A stretch of DNA of 64,000 nt from Pseudomonadales bacterium (GCA_035430165.1 DAOMGE010000009.1:2713-66712), one strand, 5' to 3'; positions 26,355 to 39,363 are shown, counted from the stretch's first letter. The notes: generated from the sequence alone by a model not told the origin. Made by a program: numbers and translations.

Positions 26355-27533
26355 TCAGTTTTTAGCGTAAGCCGCCATTGCAGCACCAACTGCCTTGCCT
26401 GAATTGATCGGTGCATTCATGGACGTCAGCACGGCATCAAGTGCACCCAGACAGAACAATACATTTTTCTGGTTGCAGGCAAAACCCATCAAACCAATAC
26501 GCCACACCTTACCTGCCAACGCGCCGAGACCCGCACCAATTTCCAGGCTGTATTGCTGCAACAGTGCACTGCGGACAGCCGCTTCGTCCACACCTTCAGG
26601 CACAGTGACCGCATTCAGCTGCGGCAAGCGTTCGCCAGCAGGCACAATAAACTGCAAACCCATTGCTTCAATACCCGCAACCAATGCCTGGTGATGGTAG
26701 GTGTGCCGCGCCCAGGAATTTTCCAGACCTTCCCCTTTCATTATCACCAGCGCTTCATGCAAGGCGTACAACGCATTGATCGGCGCTGTATGGTGATACG
26801 CACGTTTTACACCACCGCCCCAGTAACCCATTACCAGATTCATATCAAGGAACCAGCTTTGCACTTTGGATTTGCGTGAAGTGATCACCTCGACAGCGCG
26901 ATCACTAAAGCTGACTGGCGACAAGCCTGGTGTGCATGACAAGCATTTTTGCGTGCCTGAATAAATCGCATCAATGCCCCAGGCATCAACGCGCAACTCA
27001 CTCCCAGCCAATGAAGTCACTGCATCAACGATTGTCAGGCAGTTATGCTTTCGAGCAATTTCACAAAGTGTCTTTGCATCTGATAATGCGCCAGTAGATG
27101 TTTCAGCATGTACAAAAGCCAGAAATTTCGCATCAGGATTTGCTTTGAGTGTGTCTTCAACTTTCTGTGGATCTACTGCGCGACCCCACGGATCTTCAAC
27201 CATGACAGCAGTCGCGCCACAGCGCTCGACGTTTTCTTTCATACGTCCACCGAATACACCGTTCTGGCAGACCACCACCTTATCGCCTGGCTGAACCAGA
27301 TTCACAAACGCAGCTTCCATACCAGCGGAACCGGGTGCGGAAATTGGTAACGTCAGGCGGTTTTCAGTCTGGAAGGCGTACTGGGTCAATTCCTTGATTT
27401 CATCCATCAAATGGACAAAAACAGGATCAAGGTGACCGATAGTTGGACGCGCCATCGCCTCAAGAACACGCGGGTTAACATCGGAGGGGCCTGGGCCCAT
27501 CAAGGTACGTACAGGTGGATGAAATGATTGCAT
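26355..27533 (-). CDS. Alanine--glyoxylate / serine--pyruvate aminotransferase (class V PLP)
   Basis: LMGPGPS, VHAETSTG, VDAVTSL, YSGTQKCLS, YHHTAP, WRIGLMG. Confidence 0.95.
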   Translation of the reverse strand: MQSFHPPVRTLMGPGPSDVNPRVLEAMARPTIGHLDPVFVHLMDEIKELTQYAFQTENRLTLPISAPGSAGMEAAFVNLVQPGDKVVVCQNGVFGGRMKENVERCGATAVMVEDPWGRAVDPQKVEDTLKANPDAKFLAFVHAETSTGALSDAKTLCEIARKHNCLTIVDAVTSLAGSELRVDAWGIDAIYSGTQKCLSCTPGLSPVSFSDRAVEVITSRKSKVQSWFLDMNLVMGYWGGGVKRAYHHTAPINALYALHEALVIMKGEGLENSWARHTYHHQALVAGIEAMGLQFIVPAGERLPQLNAVTVPEGVDEAAVRSALLQQYSLEIGAGLGALAGKVWRIGLMGFACNQKNVLFCLGALDAVLTSMNAPINSGKAVGAAMAAYAKN

Positions 27534-27570
27534 ACAAGTTCTCTCCGATCAGCGCTAAAGGCAGTTCTCT

Positions 27571-27601
27571 AAACGAAAACACCGGGCAAGCCCGGTGTTT
27601 T
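27571..27601 (-). terminator. Intrinsic terminator of the alpha operon (after rplQ)
   Basis: Minus strand AAAACACCGGGC-TT-GCCCGGTGTTTTCGTTT. Confidence 0.85.
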
Positions 27602-27617
27602 CAGTCAAGCACAATGC

Positions 27618-28028
27618 TTATTCAGCACTGCTCTCTTCAGTATTCACAATATCAACTTCTTTCACTTTTTCCGGACGATTTACCAGCTCCACATAAGCCA
27701 TCGGCGCTTTGTCGCCAGTCCGGAAACCACACTTGATAATACGCAAATAACCACCAGGACGCGCTTCATAACGTGGGCCAATCTGCGTGAACAGTTTGCC
27801 CACCACTTCCTTGCTGCGCAGCCTATTGAACGCCAAACGACGATTAGCAACGCTATCTTTCTTCGCCAGCGTAATCAGAGGTTCAGCAACACGGCGCAAT
27901 TCTTTTGCTTTTGGCAAAGTCGTTTTGATGATTTCGTGCTCGATCAGGGAAGCCGCCATATTGCGGAACATCGCCTGACGATGCGAGCTGGTGCGGTTAA
28001 GTTGACGTCCGCTGAGTCTGTGTCGCAT
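27618..28028 (-). CDS. rplQ: 50S ribosomal protein L17
   Basis: [25 protein letters not shown]...[11 protein letters not shown]. Confidence 0.99.
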   Translation of the reverse strand: MRHRLSGRQLNRTSSHRQAMFRNMAASLIEHEIIKTTLPKAKELRRVAEPLITLAKKDSVANRRLAFNRLRSKEVVGKLFTQIGPRYEARPGGYLRIIKCGFRTGDKAPMAYVELVNRPEKVKEVDIVNTEESSAE

Positions 28029-28056
28029 GTTGCTAACCCTTTACTTCAAAATGTGA

Positions 28057-29064
28057 TCAGGCCGAGGCCTTGTCTTCGCCACGCAAACTTGCTGGCGGCC
28101 AGTTTTCGAGACGCATGCCGAGCGACAAACCGCGTGAAGCCAGTATATCCTTGATCTCAGTGAGTGATTTTTTACCCAGGTTCGGAGTTTTCAGCAACTC
28201 GACTTCGGTGCGCTGGATCAAATCGCCAATGTAATAAATATTTTCCGCTTTAAGACAATTTGCCGAACGCACTGTCAATTCCAGATCATCAACTGGACGC
28301 AGCAGGATCGGATCAACTTCCTCATGCTGCTTGGCCGGACGGGCTTCCTTCTCACTTTCAAGATCAACAAACACTGCCAATTGCTGTTGCAGGATAGTTG
28401 CTGCACGGCGAATGGCTTCTTCAGGGTTGATAGTCCCGTTTGTTTCCATGTCGATGATCAGCTTATCAAGATCCGTGCGCTGCTCAACGCGCGCGCTCTC
28501 TACAACATAAGAGATACGAATAACCGGACTGAATGAAGCATCCAGTTGCAAACGCCCGATGGTACGGTTCTCATCATCATCAGCATGTCGATTATCGACA
28601 GGTTGATAACCTCGGCCACGATTCACAATCAGACGCATGCTGATAGCACCCGTTGCATTGTTGATATGGCAAATCACATGCTCAGGATTCTTGATTTCAA
28701 CATCCCCATCACCCTGAATGTCCGCAGCAGTAATAACACCAGCGCCTTTCTTATTCAGCGTCAATACAGCCCTGTCCTTGTTGCCATGTAATACAACAGC
28801 AACACCCTTCAGGTTTAGCAGAATTTCAATAACATCTTCCTGAACACCAGTAATGGCACTGTATTCGTGCAAAACACCATCAATTTCTGCTTCAACAATT
28901 GCACAACCCGGCATGGATGACAACAGGATACGGCGCAATGCATTTCCCAGAGTATGCCCGAAACCACGCTCAAGCGGTTCAAGCACAACCTTGGCACGAG
29001 TTGCTGAAACTTGCTGGACGTCAATATGGCGCGGTGTTAAAAGTTCTGTAGCTGAGCTTTGCAT
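28057..29064 (-). CDS. rpoA: RNA polymerase alpha subunit
   Basis: [23 protein letters not shown]...[12 protein letters not shown]. Confidence 0.99.
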   Translation of the reverse strand: MQSSATELLTPRHIDVQQVSATRAKVVLEPLERGFGHTLGNALRRILLSSMPGCAIVEAEIDGVLHEYSAITGVQEDVIEILLNLKGVAVVLHGNKDRAVLTLNKKGAGVITAADIQGDGDVEIKNPEHVICHINNATGAISMRLIVNRGRGYQPVDNRHADDDENRTIGRLQLDASFSPVIRISYVVESARVEQRTDLDKLIIDMETNGTINPEEAIRRAATILQQQLAVFVDLESEKEARPAKQHEEVDPILLRPVDDLELTVRSANCLKAENIYYIGDLIQRTEVELLKTPNLGKKSLTEIKDILASRGLSLGMRLENWPPASLRGEDKASA

Positions 29065-29080
29065 ATCTGTATCCCTAGGC

Positions 29081-29701
29081 TTACTTCGAGTACAGCTCGA
29101 CGATCAAGCTTTCATTAATTTCAGATGACAGATCACTGCGATCCGGCACGCGCTTCAACTGGCCTTCCATTTTTCCTGCATTCAACTCCAGCCACTCAGA
29201 CTGGCCTCGCTGCGCAGCAATAGCCATGGAAGACTGGATTCGTAACTGATTCTTGCTTTTCTCACGAACGGCAATAATATCGCCCGCTTTTACCTGATAT
29301 GAAGGCACGTTAACCGTGCTTCCATTAACCGAAATAGCTTTGTGCGAAACCAGTTGACGGGCTTCAGCACGCGTCGAGCCGAAACCCATACGGTACACAA
29401 CATTATCAAGCCTACACTCCAGCAAACGTAGCAGGTTTTCTCCCGTATTGCCCTTGCGGCGGGAAGCCTCCGCGTAATAACCTCTAAATTGCTTTTCAAG
29501 AACGCCATAGATGCGGCGCACTTTCTGTTTTTCGCGCAACTGGACGCCAAAATCTGACAAGCGTCCACGACGCTGACCATGCTGACCGGGCGCCGTCTCG
29601 ATTTTACACTTGGAATCAAGTGGCCTGACACCACTTTTCAGCATCAGATCGGTGCCTTCACGGCGCGACAATTTACACTTTGGACCAATATATCTTGCCA
29701 T
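29081..29701 (-). CDS. rpsD: 30S ribosomal protein S4
   Basis: [16 protein letters not shown]...LIVELYSK. Confidence 0.99.
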   Translation of the reverse strand: MARYIGPKCKLSRREGTDLMLKSGVRPLDSKCKIETAPGQHGQRRGRLSDFGVQLREKQKVRRIYGVLEKQFRGYYAEASRRKGNTGENLLRLLECRLDNVVYRMGFGSTRAEARQLVSHKAISVNGSTVNVPSYQVKAGDIIAVREKSKNQLRIQSSMAIAAQRGQSEWLELNAGKMEGQLKRVPDRSDLSSEINESLIVELYSK

Positions 29702-29747
29702 TTCTCTACTCAGGCCTCTTGAATTCTTTACTAATAACTGAAAATGG

Positions 29748-30143
29748 TTATACGCGACGTTTCTTCGGCGGACGACAGCCGTTATGCGGTATAGGTGTCA
29801 CATCAACAATATTGCCAATCTTGTAACCGCAATTGTTCAATGCACGCACTGCTGATTCACGACCAGGGCCGGGCCCCTTTACCTCAACATCAAGATTCTT
29901 CAATCCATATTCCTGAGCCGCCAAACCTGCGCGCTCTGCAGCAACCTGTGCCGCAAAAGGCGTACTCTTACGAGAACCACGGAATCCCGAACCACCAGAA
30001 GTGGCCCAACTCAAGGTATTCCCCTGACGATCAGTGATAGTCACAATGGTATTGTTGAAGGAGGCATAAATATGTGCGACCCCATCAATGACTGTCTTTT
30101 TAACTTTTTTTCTCGTTTTAGCTGCTGCTGATGGCTTGGCCAT
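29748..30143 (-). CDS. rpsK: 30S ribosomal protein S11
   Basis: [14 protein letters not shown]...[13 protein letters not shown]. Confidence 0.99.
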   Translation of the reverse strand: MAKPSAAAKTRKKVKKTVIDGVAHIYASFNNTIVTITDRQGNTLSWATSGGSGFRGSRKSTPFAAQVAAERAGLAAQEYGLKNLDVEVKGPGPGRESAVRALNNCGYKIGNIVDVTPIPHNGCRPPKKRRV

Positions 30144-30184
30144 GTCTCTCTCGCCTAACTGTTACGGTCTGTAATACAGATTAA

Positions 30185-30541
30185 TTAACGCTTTATCGGT
30201 TTACGCGGCCCTTTACGAGTGCGCGCATTGGTCTTGGTACGCTGTCCACGTACTGGCAAACCCTTACGATGGCGAAGTCCCCGGTAGCAACCCAGATCCA
30301 TCAAGCGCTTGATACTCATACTGATTTCGCGGCGCAAATCGCCCTCTACAGTAAATTTGCCCACTTCAGAACGCAAGGCATCAATCTGTGCTTCATTAAG
30401 CGTGCCAATCTTGACATTCTCTGCGATGCCGGAGGCCGCACAAATTTCTTGTGCACGAGTACGGCCAATGCCATACACATAGGTCAAAGCGATGACCGTG
30501 TGTTTATTATCAGGTACGTTTACACCTGCGATACGAGCCAT
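30185..30541 (-). CDS. rpsM: 30S ribosomal protein S13
   Basis: MARIAGVN...[14 protein letters not shown]. Confidence 0.99.
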   Translation of the reverse strand: MARIAGVNVPDNKHTVIALTYVYGIGRTRAQEICAASGIAENVKIGTLNEAQIDALRSEVGKFTVEGDLRREISMSIKRLMDLGCYRGLRHRKGLPVRGQRTKTNARTRKGPRKPIKR

Positions 30542-30623
30542 TATTGAGAAACTCCAATATAAAAATCAGTCGCCTACAAAAATACGCTGCGACACTCAGC
30601 TACAAGACCTTGAAAAGGCGCGC

Positions 30624-30652
30624 AGGTTAGCGTCGAAACATCTAGAAATCAA
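30624..30652 (-). promoter_or_regulatory. Candidate internal sigma70 promoter of the alpha operon
   Basis: Minus strand TTGATT-17 bp-TAACCT followed by a GC-rich discriminator GCGCGCC; -35 overlaps the rpmJ stop. Confidence 0.6.
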
Positions 30653-30765
30653 CCTTGGCGTTGCTTGTGACGCGGCTCAACGCTACAAATCACTCTAAGA
30701 ACACCCTTGCGGCGCACAATCTTGCAACCGCGACATACTTTTTTTACCGACGCACGTACTTTCAT
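30649..30765 (-). CDS. rpmJ: 50S ribosomal protein L36 (zinc-ribbon C+ form)
   Basis: Manual translation (below ORF-track cutoff): [38 protein letters not shown]. Confidence 0.98.
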   Translation of the reverse strand: MKVRASVKKVCRGCKIVRRKGVLRVICSVEPRHKQRQG

Positions 30766-30788
30766 TGCCTTTCCTCTTTAAACCGATC

Positions 30789-32126
30789 TCAGCGTTTGGG
30801 GGACAAACTGCTGTTACCGTAGTTTTTCAAATTTGCCTTTTTAAGCAAGGTGTCATACTGGGCGGACATGAGATGTGACTGAACTTGAGCCATAAAGTCC
30901 ATAACCACGACCACCACAATCAGCAAGGATGTACCACCAAGATAGAACGGCACATGGAAAGCCATGACCAAACCCTGTGGTATCAAGCAAACTACAGCAA
31001 TATAGGCGGCGCCAATGATCGTTAGTCTCGTTAAAATATTGTCGATATACTTGGCCGTATGTTCTCCGGGTCGGATGCCGGGCACGTAAGCACCGCCCTT
31101 TTTCAGATTGTCCGCTACTTCTTTCGGATTAAACATAATTGCCGTGTAGAAAAAACAGAAGAACACAATTAGCACAGTAAACAACAATATATTCAGCGGC
31201 TGGCCTGGGCCGATCCACAAAGCCACGTCCTGCAGCCACTCAAACCCCTTGTGCTGTCCGAACATCTGCGCAACGGTTGCCGGAAACAGCAATAGACTGC
31301 TCGCAAAAATTGCGGGAATAACACCAGAAACATTCACTTTTAACGGCAAATGTGTGCTTTGACCTTGATACACCTTACGGCCAACCTGCCTGCGCGCATA
31401 ATTCACGGTAATGCGACGTTGCCCGCGCTCAATGTAGACGATGCCATAAATCAATGCCGGCACACCGACAGCAATCGCAATAAGCAACAAAATGTTCAAA
31501 TCACCTTGTCGAGCTTGCTCAAGTGACTGACCAATTGCAGCAGGTAAGCCAGCAACAATCCCTGCAAAAATCAACATAGATACGCCATTGCCAATACCAC
31601 GTTCCGTAATCTGCTCGCCCAACCACATCATAAACATTGAGCCGGTAACCAGTGAGACAGCCGCCAATACATATACGCTCAAGCCTGAAGCATAAAGGGC
31701 ATTACTACTAGCAAGACTGCTTACCATACCTACTGCCTGCACTGCCGCCAATGCAACTGCCGCATAACGAGTGTATTGGTTTATTTTACGCCTACCCTGC
31801 TCACCTTCTTTTTTAAGCTGCTCGAGCTGCGGAACAACCGCTGTCAGCAATTGCAAAATAATCGATGCGGAAATATAAGGCATTACACCAAGCGCCAGAA
31901 CACTCATGCGCTGCAATGCACCGCCAGAAAACATATTTGCCATGCCAAAAATCGTATTCTGGGTCTGGTTAAAAACATGCGCCAGCTGTCCCGGATCGAT
32001 ACCAGGGACAGGGATATGGCTGCCAATCCTATAAACGATGATCGCCAGAAAGAGAAATCGAAGGCGAGCCCACAACTCACCTAATCCCTTTTGGTTACCC
32101 ATCATCTGCGCTGCAGGAGTGGCCAC
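30789..32126 (-). CDS. secY: Preprotein translocase SecY
   Basis: [44 protein letters not shown]. Confidence 0.99.
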   Translation of the reverse strand: MATPAAQMMGNQKGLGELWARLRFLFLAIIVYRIGSHIPVPGIDPGQLAHVFNQTQNTIFGMANMFSGGALQRMSVLALGVMPYISASIILQLLTAVVPQLEQLKKEGEQGRRKINQYTRYAAVALAAVQAVGMVSSLASSNALYASGLSVYVLAAVSLVTGSMFMMWLGEQITERGIGNGVSMLIFAGIVAGLPAAIGQSLEQARQGDLNILLLIAIAVGVPALIYGIVYIERGQRRITVNYARRQVGRKVYQGQSTHLPLKVNVSGVIPAIFASSLLLFPATVAQMFGQHKGFEWLQDVALWIGPGQPLNILLFTVLIVFFCFFYTAIMFNPKEVADNLKKGGAYVPGIRPGEHTAKYIDNILTRLTIIGAAYIAVVCLIPQGLVMAFHVPFYLGGTSLLIVVVVVMDFMAQVQSHLMSAQYDTLLKKANLKNYGNSSLSPKR

Positions 32127-32130
32127 TAAT

Positions 32131-32565
32131 TTATGCCTCTACCTTGCCGCCAGCAGCTTCAATTGCTTTGCGAACACCTTCCGTTACAGGTAGGCCTTTA
32201 ACGGTAACAGCTTTATTCAGTTCGCCAGAAAGGAAAATTTTGGCGCGCTTGATATTTCCATTCAGCAAATTGGCGGCTTTCAATGTTTCGATTGTAACGA
32301 TATCGCCTTCAACTTGATTCAATTCCGCCAAGCGAACTTGTGCAGTTGTCCGGCTTATACGTGACACGAACCCGTACTTTGGCAAGCGCTTTTGCAAAGG
32401 CATCTGACCACCCTCAAAACCAGGGCGCACATTGCCGCTCTTACGTGCCTTCTGACCCTTATGGCCACGTCCACAGGTTTTTCCCAAACCACAACCAATA
32501 CCACGACCCACGCGCAACTTAGGCGTTTTGTGGCCAGGCGCCGGACTAAGACTGTTCAGATGCAT
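32131..32565 (-). CDS. rplO: 50S ribosomal protein L15
   Basis: [21 protein letters not shown]...GFEGGQMPL. Confidence 0.99.
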   Translation of the reverse strand: MHLNSLSPAPGHKTPKLRVGRGIGCGLGKTCGRGHKGQKARKSGNVRPGFEGGQMPLQKRLPKYGFVSRISRTTAQVRLAELNQVEGDIVTIETLKAANLLNGNIKRAKIFLSGELNKAVTVKGLPVTEGVRKAIEAAGGKVEA

Positions 32566-32567
32566 TT

Positions 32568-32747
32568 TCAGTTCTCCACTCTAACAAGGTAGTTAACCTT
32601 GTTTACCATACCCCGATTTGACGGAGTATCCTGAACTTCTACGGTATGGCCAATACGGCGCAGACCCAGACCACGCACACACGCCTGATGGTTTTTCAAA
32701 CGACCAGCCGTACTCTTAATTTGTGTCACCTTAATCATGTTCGCCAT
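32568..32747 (-). CDS. rpmD: 50S ribosomal protein L30
   Basis: Manual translation: [59 protein letters not shown]. Confidence 0.97.
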   Translation of the reverse strand: MANMIKVTQIKSTAGRLKNHQACVRGLGLRRIGHTVEVQDTPSNRGMVNKVNYLVRVEN

Positions 32748-32784
32748 ATCTACACCTTGCTATCAATTCAACGAGCGCTTCGTA

Positions 32785-33300
32785 TCAATTACGAATCTCA
32801 TCTATTGTCTTTCCACGTTTAGCGGCAATTTCGTCTGGTGAACGCATCGATTTCAAACCGGTAATCGTAGCGCGAACGACATTTACTGGATTGGTTGATC
32901 CGTAGCACTTAGCCAGAACGTTATGCACACCGGCCAACTCCAGCACCGCACGCATTGCACCACCTGCAATTACGCCCGTACCTTCCGATGCTGGCTGCAT
33001 ATAGATATTTGCAGCTCCGTGACGAGCCTTTACGGGATAAAAAATCGTATTCCCGTTGAGATCAACCGTAATCATATTTCTACGGGCAGACTCCATGGCT
33101 TTTTGTATTGCAGTTGGAACTTCGCGAGCTTTCCCGCGACCAAATCCCACCTTGCCTTTCCCATCTCCTACCACTGTAAGCGCAGTGAACGAGAACGTAC
33201 GACCACCCTTGACAACCTTGGCTACGCGGTTCACCTGAACCAGCTTTTCCATCAGGCCGTCAGAGTTCTTGTCTTTGTCTTTATGTTCAGGGAGTGCCAT
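32785..33300 (-). CDS. rpsE: 30S ribosomal protein S5
   Basis: [12 protein letters not shown]...[13 protein letters not shown]. Confidence 0.99.
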   Translation of the reverse strand: MALPEHKDKDKNSDGLMEKLVQVNRVAKVVKGGRTFSFTALTVVGDGKGKVGFGRGKAREVPTAIQKAMESARRNMITVDLNGNTIFYPVKARHGAANIYMQPASEGTGVIAGGAMRAVLELAGVHNVLAKCYGSTNPVNVVRATITGLKSMRSPDEIAAKRGKTIDEIRN

Positions 33301-33340
33301 TAGCGTACCTTTAAAAAACCTTTATTAATGTGTGCCGATC

Positions 33341-33691
33341 TTAGAACTCAAGACCACCAGAACGAGCAGCATCTGCCAGCGCCTTCACACGACCATGGTA
33401 TTTAAATCCACTGCGATCGAATGCAACCTTGGTAACACCGGCCGCCTTTGCACGCTCAGCAACCAACGCACCAACACTTGCGGCGGCGGCAGCATTACCC
33501 GTAGCTCCAACCCGCAAACTGGCATCTAGTGTTGAGGCTTGGGCAACAATACGATTGTCTTCTGGCGCAATTACTTGCGCATAAATATGGCGAGGCGTGC
33601 GATGCACACTGAGACGAAAAGCACCCTGTTCACGAATTTTCATTCGTGTCGACTTGGCGCGGCGTATACGGCCTGTTTTCTTTGCGTTCAT
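33341..33691 (-). CDS. rplR: 50S ribosomal protein L18
   Basis: [14 protein letters not shown]...[12 protein letters not shown]. Confidence 0.99.
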   Translation of the reverse strand: MNAKKTGRIRRAKSTRMKIREQGAFRLSVHRTPRHIYAQVIAPEDNRIVAQASTLDASLRVGATGNAAAAASVGALVAERAKAAGVTKVAFDRSGFKYHGRVKALADAARSGGLEF

Positions 33692-33702
33692 CTGTCTATA
33701 CC

Positions 33703-34236
33703 TTATTTCTTCTTGGCTTCTTTACGGTGAACAACTTCGTCGGAATAACGCACGCCTTTACCTTTATATGGTTCTGGCGAGCGATAGGCGCGAATCTCAG
33801 CTGCAACTTGCCCGAGTAACTGCTTATCTGTACTTCTGAGCAAAATTTCAGTCTGTGTTGGTGTTTCAACCGAAACTCCAATAGGCAACTCATAGTCAAT
33901 CGGATGCGAATAACCCAACGTCAAGTTCAGCGTGCTTCCTGTGGCTTTTGCACGGTAACCCACGCCAACTAGCTCAAGCTTACGCTCAAAACCTGCACTT
34001 ACGCCTTTCACCATATTGGCAACCAGCGAGCGCGTTGTGCCCGCCATCATGCCAGCTCCCTTCATGCCTTCACGCGGCTTGAAGTTCAGAACCTTATCAT
34101 CCTGCACAATCTCGACCGAGGAATGCACCGGCATAGATAATTCACCCTTTCCGCCTTTCACGGTGATTTGATCTGATGCCAGAACAACGCTTACGCCGCT
34201 GGGCAGTTCAACCGGATATTTTGCAACTCTGGACAT
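33703..34236 (-). CDS. rplF: 50S ribosomal protein L6
   Basis: MSRVAK...[11 protein letters not shown]; start at ATG 34236. Confidence 0.99.
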   Translation of the reverse strand: MSRVAKYPVELPSGVSVVLASDQITVKGGKGELSMPVHSSVEIVQDDKVLNFKPREGMKGAGMMAGTTRSLVANMVKGVSAGFERKLELVGVGYRAKATGSTLNLTLGYSHPIDYELPIGVSVETPTQTEILLRSTDKQLLGQVAAEIRAYRSPEPYKGKGVRYSDEVVHRKEAKKK

Positions 34237-34246
34237 GACTCTACCC

Positions 34247-34639
34247 TTAGAACACTGTGCACAAAATTTCGCCGCCAATATTGGCCTTACGAGCAGCGCG
34301 ATCAGTCATCACGCCTTTACTGGTCGAGACAATGGCAACGCCCAGACTGTTAGCAACAGTCGGCAATCCATCCTTACCGCGATAACTACGGAGGCCTGGA
34401 CGGCTTATTCGCTTGATGGCATCAATAACTGGCCTACCATCATGGTATTTCAACTCAATGCTCAGTTCTGGTTTAGCACCGGAACTAATGCTGAAATCAG
34501 CAATATAACCCTCTGACTTCAGAACCTCGGCAACTGACACCTTAATTTTTGATGAAGGCATAGATGTCGATGTCAAATGAGCCATTTGTGCATTGCGAAT
34601 TCGCGCAATCATGTCGGCCAATGGATCTTGCATACTCAT
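34247..34639 (-). CDS. rpsH: 30S ribosomal protein S8
   Basis: [14 protein letters not shown]...SRPGLR.Y...STSKGVMTD. Confidence 0.99.
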   Translation of the reverse strand: MSMQDPLADMIARIRNAQMAHLTSTSMPSSKIKVSVAEVLKSEGYIADFSISSGAKPELSIELKYHDGRPVIDAIKRISRPGLRSYRGKDGLPTVANSLGVAIVSTSKGVMTDRAARKANIGGEILCTVF

Positions 34640-34652
34640 GAAACTGCTCCTC

Positions 34653-34958
34653 TTACCAACTGGCTTTCACTAAACCCGGAACGTCACCCTTCATAGCGTG
34701 CTCACGGAGTTTTATACGGGACAAGCCAAATTTACGGTATACGGCGTGTGGACGACCGGTCAAGCGACAACGCGTCTGTTTGCGCACAGGACTTGCATCA
34801 CGAGGCAACTTCTGCAGCTGAACTTGCGCAGCCCAGCGATCCTCATCTGAAGTTTTTGGATTGGCGATAGTCGCCTTGAGAGTCGCGCGCTTATCGGCGT
34901 ACTTAGCCACAGTTTTTGCACGCTTCTTTTCGCGCTCTATCATTGAAAGCTTTGCCAT
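34653..34958 (-). CDS. rpsN: 30S ribosomal protein S14 (C- form)
   Basis: LPRDASPVR...TGRPH...[10 protein letters not shown]...KASW. Confidence 0.99.
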   Translation of the reverse strand: MAKLSMIEREKKRAKTVAKYADKRATLKATIANPKTSDEDRWAAQVQLQKLPRDASPVRKQTRCRLTGRPHAVYRKFGLSRIKLREHAMKGDVPGLVKASW

Positions 34959-34988
34959 TGTCTCAGCTATCCTCTTTAAAAACTCTGA

Positions 34989-35528
34989 TCAACCTTTGAA
35001 TGGAAAGTTGAATGCCTTAAGAAGCGCACGACCTTCATCATCTGTTTTGGCTGTTGTAGTAATCGCTATATCCAGACCGCGCAATGCATCAATCTTGTCA
35101 TAGTCGATTTCTGGGAAAATTATTTGCTCAGTAACACCCATTGAGAAATTCCCACGACCATCAAACTGTTTGGGGCTGATACCGCGAAAATCGCGAATAC
35201 GCGGAATAGCAACCGTAATCAGCCGGTCCAGAAACTCATACATACGCTCACTACGCAGTGTAACCTTACAACCGATTGGCCAACCTTCCCTTACCTTGAA
35301 GGCCGCAATAGATTTGCGCGCTTTGGTTATAACAGCTTTCTGACCGGAAATCTGCTCAAGGTCGCGCACAGCATTTTCGAGCACTTTTTTATCAGCAAGC
35401 GCTTCACCAACACCCATATTAATGGTGATCTTGGTGATCTTCGGCACTTCCATGACACTCTGTACGCCCAACTCTTCTTTCAGCCTTGGGAGAATTTCTT
35501 TTTTGTAAACTTCTTGGAGCCTAGCCAT
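34989..35528 (-). CDS. rplE: 50S ribosomal protein L5
   Basis: [10 protein letters not shown]...PRIRDFRG...FDGRGN. Confidence 0.99.
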   Translation of the reverse strand: MARLQEVYKKEILPRLKEELGVQSVMEVPKITKITINMGVGEALADKKVLENAVRDLEQISGQKAVITKARKSIAAFKVREGWPIGCKVTLRSERMYEFLDRLITVAIPRIRDFRGISPKQFDGRGNFSMGVTEQIIFPEIDYDKIDALRGLDIAITTTAKTDDEGRALLKAFNFPFKG

Positions 35529-35548
35529 TACCGTTTCACCTTTTCAGC

Positions 35549-35863
35549 TTACGAGCCTACAACTTCGCCATTGGACTTGTACACACGTACTTTTTTACCA
35601 GCCAGATCCCTAAACCCAACGCGATCAGCTTTACTGGTTACAGGATTGTAAATAGCAACATTCGACACATCGATTGGCGCTTCGCGCTCAACAATACCAC
35701 CCTGCACACCAAGCTGCGGGTTTGCTTTAGTATGTTTTTTAACAATATTCACGCCTGCAACAAGTACGCGATTATCATCAAGCACACACTGAACAGCACC
35801 CCGCTTGCCTTTATCCTTTCCCGTGATCACAATCACTTGGTCATCTTTTTTAATCTTACGCAT
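35549..35863 (-). CDS. rplX: 50S ribosomal protein L24
   Basis: [13 protein letters not shown]...[15 protein letters not shown]. Confidence 0.99.
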   Translation of the reverse strand: MRKIKKDDQVIVITGKDKGKRGAVQCVLDDNRVLVAGVNIVKKHTKANPQLGVQGGIVEREAPIDVSNVAIYNPVTSKADRVGFRDLAGKKVRVYKSNGEVVGS

Positions 35864-35882
35864 AACCTTTACCTCCTCCGGC

Positions 35883-36251
35883 TCAAAGCACTTCTGGTGC
35901 CAGAGAGATGATTTTCATGAATTTGTCACCACGGAGCTCGCGTGTTACAGGCCCGAAAATGCGAGTACCAATCGGAGCCTGCTGGTTATTAAGCAACACC
36001 GCAGCATTATCATCAAACTTAATCAGCGACCCATCTGTGCGACGGACACCTTTTTTGGTGCGAACCACGACAGCTGTCATCACTTGGCCTTTTTTTACCT
36101 TGCCGCGCGGAATTGCATCTTTCACACTGACCTTGATGATATCGCCAACACCGGCATAGCGACGATGTGAGCCACCCAGCACCTTGATACACATAACACG
36201 GCGAGCACCACTATTGTCTGCCACATCCAAATAAGTTTGCGTCTGAATCAT
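35883..36251 (-). CDS. rplN: 50S ribosomal protein L14
   Basis: [19 protein letters not shown]...IISLAPEVL. Confidence 0.99.
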   Translation of the reverse strand: MIQTQTYLDVADNSGARRVMCIKVLGGSHRRYAGVGDIIKVSVKDAIPRGKVKKGQVMTAVVVRTKKGVRRTDGSLIKFDDNAAVLLNNQQAPIGTRIFGPVTRELRGDKFMKIISLAPEVL

Positions 36252-36292
36252 CGTCGCGCTCCGAAGCTTATCGCTACTATGTCGTCAGCCAC

Positions 36293-36559
36293 TTAAACAG
36301 CAGCTGCACGCTCTTCAATTTTTACCAAAGCCCACGTCTTACTTTTTGACATTGGACGTGTCTCCTTGATAGTCACCAGATCCCCAGTCTTACACTCATT
36401 ATTTTCATCATGAGCTTTTAACTTAGATGATTTAGTTTCGTATTTTCCATAAACCGGATGTTTTACTCGACGCTCAATCAACACTGTAATGGTTTTATCC
36501 ATCTTGTCGCTTACTACGCGACCAGTTTTTGTACGTGCAACATTTTGCAGTTCAGTCAT
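36293..36559 (-). CDS. rpsQ: 30S ribosomal protein S17
   Basis: [14 protein letters not shown]...[11 protein letters not shown]; start at ATG 36559. Confidence 0.99.
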   Translation of the reverse strand: MTELQNVARTKTGRVVSDKMDKTITVLIERRVKHPVYGKYETKSSKLKAHDENNECKTGDLVTIKETRPMSKSKTWALVKIEERAAAV

Positions 36560-36560
36560 A

Positions 36561-36752
36561 TTATTTACCCGCCTTTTCTTTAAGCACGGTCTTGATACGA
36601 GCAACGTCATGCCTGCCCTGTTTCAGCAGGTGTGTCTGCGCAAGATTGCCGGTAGCCTTTTTCATTCTCAGCTCGAACTGACCCTTGAACTGCGCGAACA
36701 GCTCAGTTTCTAGTTCCTCTACTGTTTTATTTCGAAGATCTGCTGCTTTCAT
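36561..36752 (-). CDS. rpmC: 50S ribosomal protein L29
   Basis: MKAADLR...FELRM...DVARIKTVL. Confidence 0.98.
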   Translation of the reverse strand: MKAADLRNKTVEELETELFAQFKGQFELRMKKATGNLAQTHLLKQGRHDVARIKTVLKEKAGK

Positions 36753-37165
36753 TACATGATCTGCCGTTTAACAAATGTGGTTGTCAGCGGTAATTTTGCC
36801 GCCGCAAGTGTCAGCGCTTCACGCGCCAGCTCTTCTGATACACCCTCAACTTCGTAAAGCACTCGGCCTGGCTGGATTTGTGCCACCCAGTACTCGACGC
36901 TGCCTTTACCCTTACCTTGACGCACTTCTAAGGGCTTCTGAGTGATCGGCTTATCGGGGAATATCCTGATGAATACACGACCACCGCGCTTCAGACGGCG
37001 TGTCAGAGCACGACGCGCCGCCTCAATCTGCCGAGCAGTGATTCGGCCGCGAACTGTAGCCTTAAGACCGTACTCACCGAAACTGACCTTGCTGCCACGC
37101 TGGGCAAGGCCGCGGTTACGTCCCTTGAACTGCTTGCGAAATTTGGTTCGCTTGGGTTGCAACAT
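36752..37165 (-). CDS. rplP: 50S ribosomal protein L16
   Basis: [11 protein letters not shown]...RQIEAARR...[11 protein letters not shown]. Confidence 0.99.
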   Translation of the reverse strand: MLQPKRTKFRKQFKGRNRGLAQRGSKVSFGEYGLKATVRGRITARQIEAARRALTRRLKRGGRVFIRIFPDKPITQKPLEVRQGKGKGSVEYWVAQIQPGRVLYEVEGVSEELAREALTLAAAKLPLTTTFVKRQIM

Positions 37166-37173
37166 GGCGTATC

Positions 37174-37857
37174 TTACCCCTGATTAGAAGTCTTCTTTCT
37201 GCCAGTAGCGGCTTCCGCCTGCTCGGCAGCGTCAAGGATCTCACCTTTGAAGATCCACACTTTCACACCGATGATCCCGTAAGTAGTCAAGGCTTCAGCA
37301 GTGGCATAATCTATATCCGCACGTAAAGTATGCAAAGGCACACGACCCTCACGGTACCACTCAGTCCGAGCAATCTCAGCACCGCCTAAACGACCGGCAA
37401 CCATGATTTTTATTCCAAGAGCACCCTGACGCATTGCATTCTGTACCGCACGCTTCATCGCGCGGCGAAACATCACACGACGCTCAAGCTGTTGCGCTAC
37501 GCCCTGAGCAACAAGAGCCGCATCAATATCAGGCTTGCGGATCTCTTCAATATTTATGTGCACAGGCACACCAAGAATCTGAGCCACTTCGTTGCGTAAT
37601 TTCTCGACATCCTCACCTTTCTTACCAATCACTACGCCAGGACGAGCGGAGTGAATAGTAATACGGGCAGTTTGCGACGGACGCTCAATATCAACGCGAC
37701 TTACAGAGGCGCTAGCCAGTTTCTTTTGGATATAGGCGCGTGCCTTGATATCCGCCAACAACTTGTCAGCATACGTATCGCTATCGGCATACCACACAGA
37801 AGTGTGTTTCTTGATGATGCCCAGGCGGATACCTGTTGGATGTACTTTCTGACCCAT
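37174..37857 (-). CDS. rpsC: 30S ribosomal protein S3
   Basis: [13 protein letters not shown]...[14 protein letters not shown]. Confidence 0.99.
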   Translation of the reverse strand: MGQKVHPTGIRLGIIKKHTSVWYADSDTYADKLLADIKARAYIQKKLASASVSRVDIERPSQTARITIHSARPGVVIGKKGEDVEKLRNEVAQILGVPVHINIEEIRKPDIDAALVAQGVAQQLERRVMFRRAMKRAVQNAMRQGALGIKIMVAGRLGGAEIARTEWYREGRVPLHTLRADIDYATAEALTTYGIIGVKVWIFKGEILDAAEQAEAATGRKKTSNQG

Positions 37858-37892
37858 TCGCGGTCTCCTGCTTGATTACTTCGCCACAGCCA

Positions 37893-38231
37893 TTAGTTAG
37901 TAGCGGCAACTTTCACGGTAATGTGACAAGTGCGCTTCAAAATCCGATCAGCGCGACCTTTAGCTCGCGGCTTGATACGTTTCATCGCAGTACCCTCATC
38001 AACGAACGCCGCAGAGACATGCAATTCATCTATATCAGCGCCTTCGTTGTGCTCCGCATTGGCAATTGCAGACTCCAATACCTTTTTAACCAGAACCGCA
38101 GCTTTCTTGTCGCTAAAAGCCAGAATATCCAGCGCCTTTTCGACATGTTTCCCGCGTATCTGGTCTACGACCAGTCGAACTTTCTGGGCTGAACTTCGCG
38201 CACCGCGCAGTGTTGCTGAAACTTCCATCAT
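37893..38231 (-). CDS. rplV: 50S ribosomal protein L22
   Basis: [14 protein letters not shown]...[19 protein letters not shown]; exact start among tandem ATGs uncertain. Confidence 0.98.
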   Translation of the reverse strand: MMEVSATLRGARSSAQKVRLVVDQIRGKHVEKALDILAFSDKKAAVLVKKVLESAIANAEHNEGADIDELHVSAAFVDEGTAMKRIKPRAKGRADRILKRTCHITVKVAATN

Positions 38232-38240
38232 CATCACCTC

Positions 38241-38516
38241 TTAGCGCTTGGCTTTTTTGTCAGCCGCGTGCCCTTTATAGGTACGGGTGACTGCAAATTC
38301 GCCCAGCTTATGGCCAACCATTTCTTCTGTAACATACACCGGCACATGTGCACGGCCATTGTGTACAGCAATAGTAAGACCCACCATTTCAGGCATAATC
38401 ATCGAACGACGCGACCATGTCTTGATCGGACGCTTGTCATTTTTTTCCAGAGCCGTTTCCACTTTCTTGATGAGGTGGAGATCAATAAACGGACCTTTCT
38501 TCAATGAACGTGGCAC
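38241..38516 (-). CDS. rpsS: 30S ribosomal protein S19
   Basis: [12 protein letters not shown]...MVGHKLGEF. Confidence 0.99.
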   Translation of the reverse strand: MPRSLKKGPFIDLHLIKKVETALEKNDKRPIKTWSRRSMIMPEMVGLTIAVHNGRAHVPVYVTEEMVGHKLGEFAVTRTYKGHAADKKAKR

Positions 38517-38535
38517 AGGCCTAACCTCTCAATTC

Positions 38536-39363
38536 TTATTTCTTGTTGCGACGACGAACGATCAGATCATCTGTACGTTTGTTCTTACGCGTTTTGTAAC
38601 CCTTGGTCGGCGTTCCCCATGGAGAAACAGGGTGACGACCACCAGATGTACGGCCTTCACCACCACCGTGCGGGTGATCGACCGGATTCATTACAACGCC
38701 CCGGACAGTCGGACGAATACCGCGCCAGCGTTTCGCACCAGCCTTACCCAAAGAGCGAAGATTATGTTCGCCATTTGAAACCTCACCCAATGTAGCCCTG
38801 CAATCTGACAGGATTTTTCTCATCTCACCGCTACGCAAACGCAGAGTGGCGTAAGCACCCTCACGAGCAACCAACTGCGCAGAAGCGCCAGCTGAGCGTG
38901 CCATCTGGGCACCTTTGCCCGGCTTCATTTCTATGCAATGCACCGTGGCACCAATAGGAATGTTACGAAGCGGCAATGTATTGCCAACAACGATCGGTGA
39001 TGCCGAACCGGACTGGATCTTATCACCCGCTTTCAGACCTTTAGGAGCGATAATGTAACGACGCTCGCCATCGGCATAACAAATCAGAGCAATATTAGCG
39101 CTACGGTTTGGATCATATTCCAGACGTTCAACTGAACCAACAATACCGTCCTTGTTGCGCTTGAAATCAATGACGCGATAGTGCTGCTTATGTCCGCCAC
39201 CCTGGTGGCGGACAGTAATGCGACCCATGTTATTGCGGCCACCATTGCTGGATTTTTTCTCTACAAGCGCCGTGTGCGGAGCACCCTTGTGTAAATCAGG
39301 ATTTACAACACTGACTACAAAGCGACGACCTGGTGATGTGGGCTTTCTTTTAATGACTGGCAT
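38536..39363 (-). CDS. rplB: 50S ribosomal protein L2
   Basis: [12 protein letters not shown]...[13 protein letters not shown]. Confidence 0.99.
   Translation of the reverse strand: MPVIKRKPTSPGRRFVVSVVNPDLHKGAPHTALVEKKSSNGGRNNMGRITVRHQGGGHKQHYRVIDFKRNKDGIVGSVERLEYDPNRSANIALICYADGERRYIIAPKGLKAGDKIQSGSASPIVVGNTLPLRNIPIGATVHCIEMKPGKGAQMARSAGASAQLVAREGAYATLRLRSGEMRKILSDCRATLGEVSNGEHNLRSLGKAGAKRWRGIRPTVRGVVMNPVDHPHGGGEGRTSGGRHPVSPWGTPTKGYKTRKNKRTDDLIVRRRNKK

Noticed and set aside
35440..35548. S8-binding regulatory hairpin at the rplX-rplE junction
   Set aside because: Expected by analogy with E. coli, but I could not establish convincing pairing by eye.
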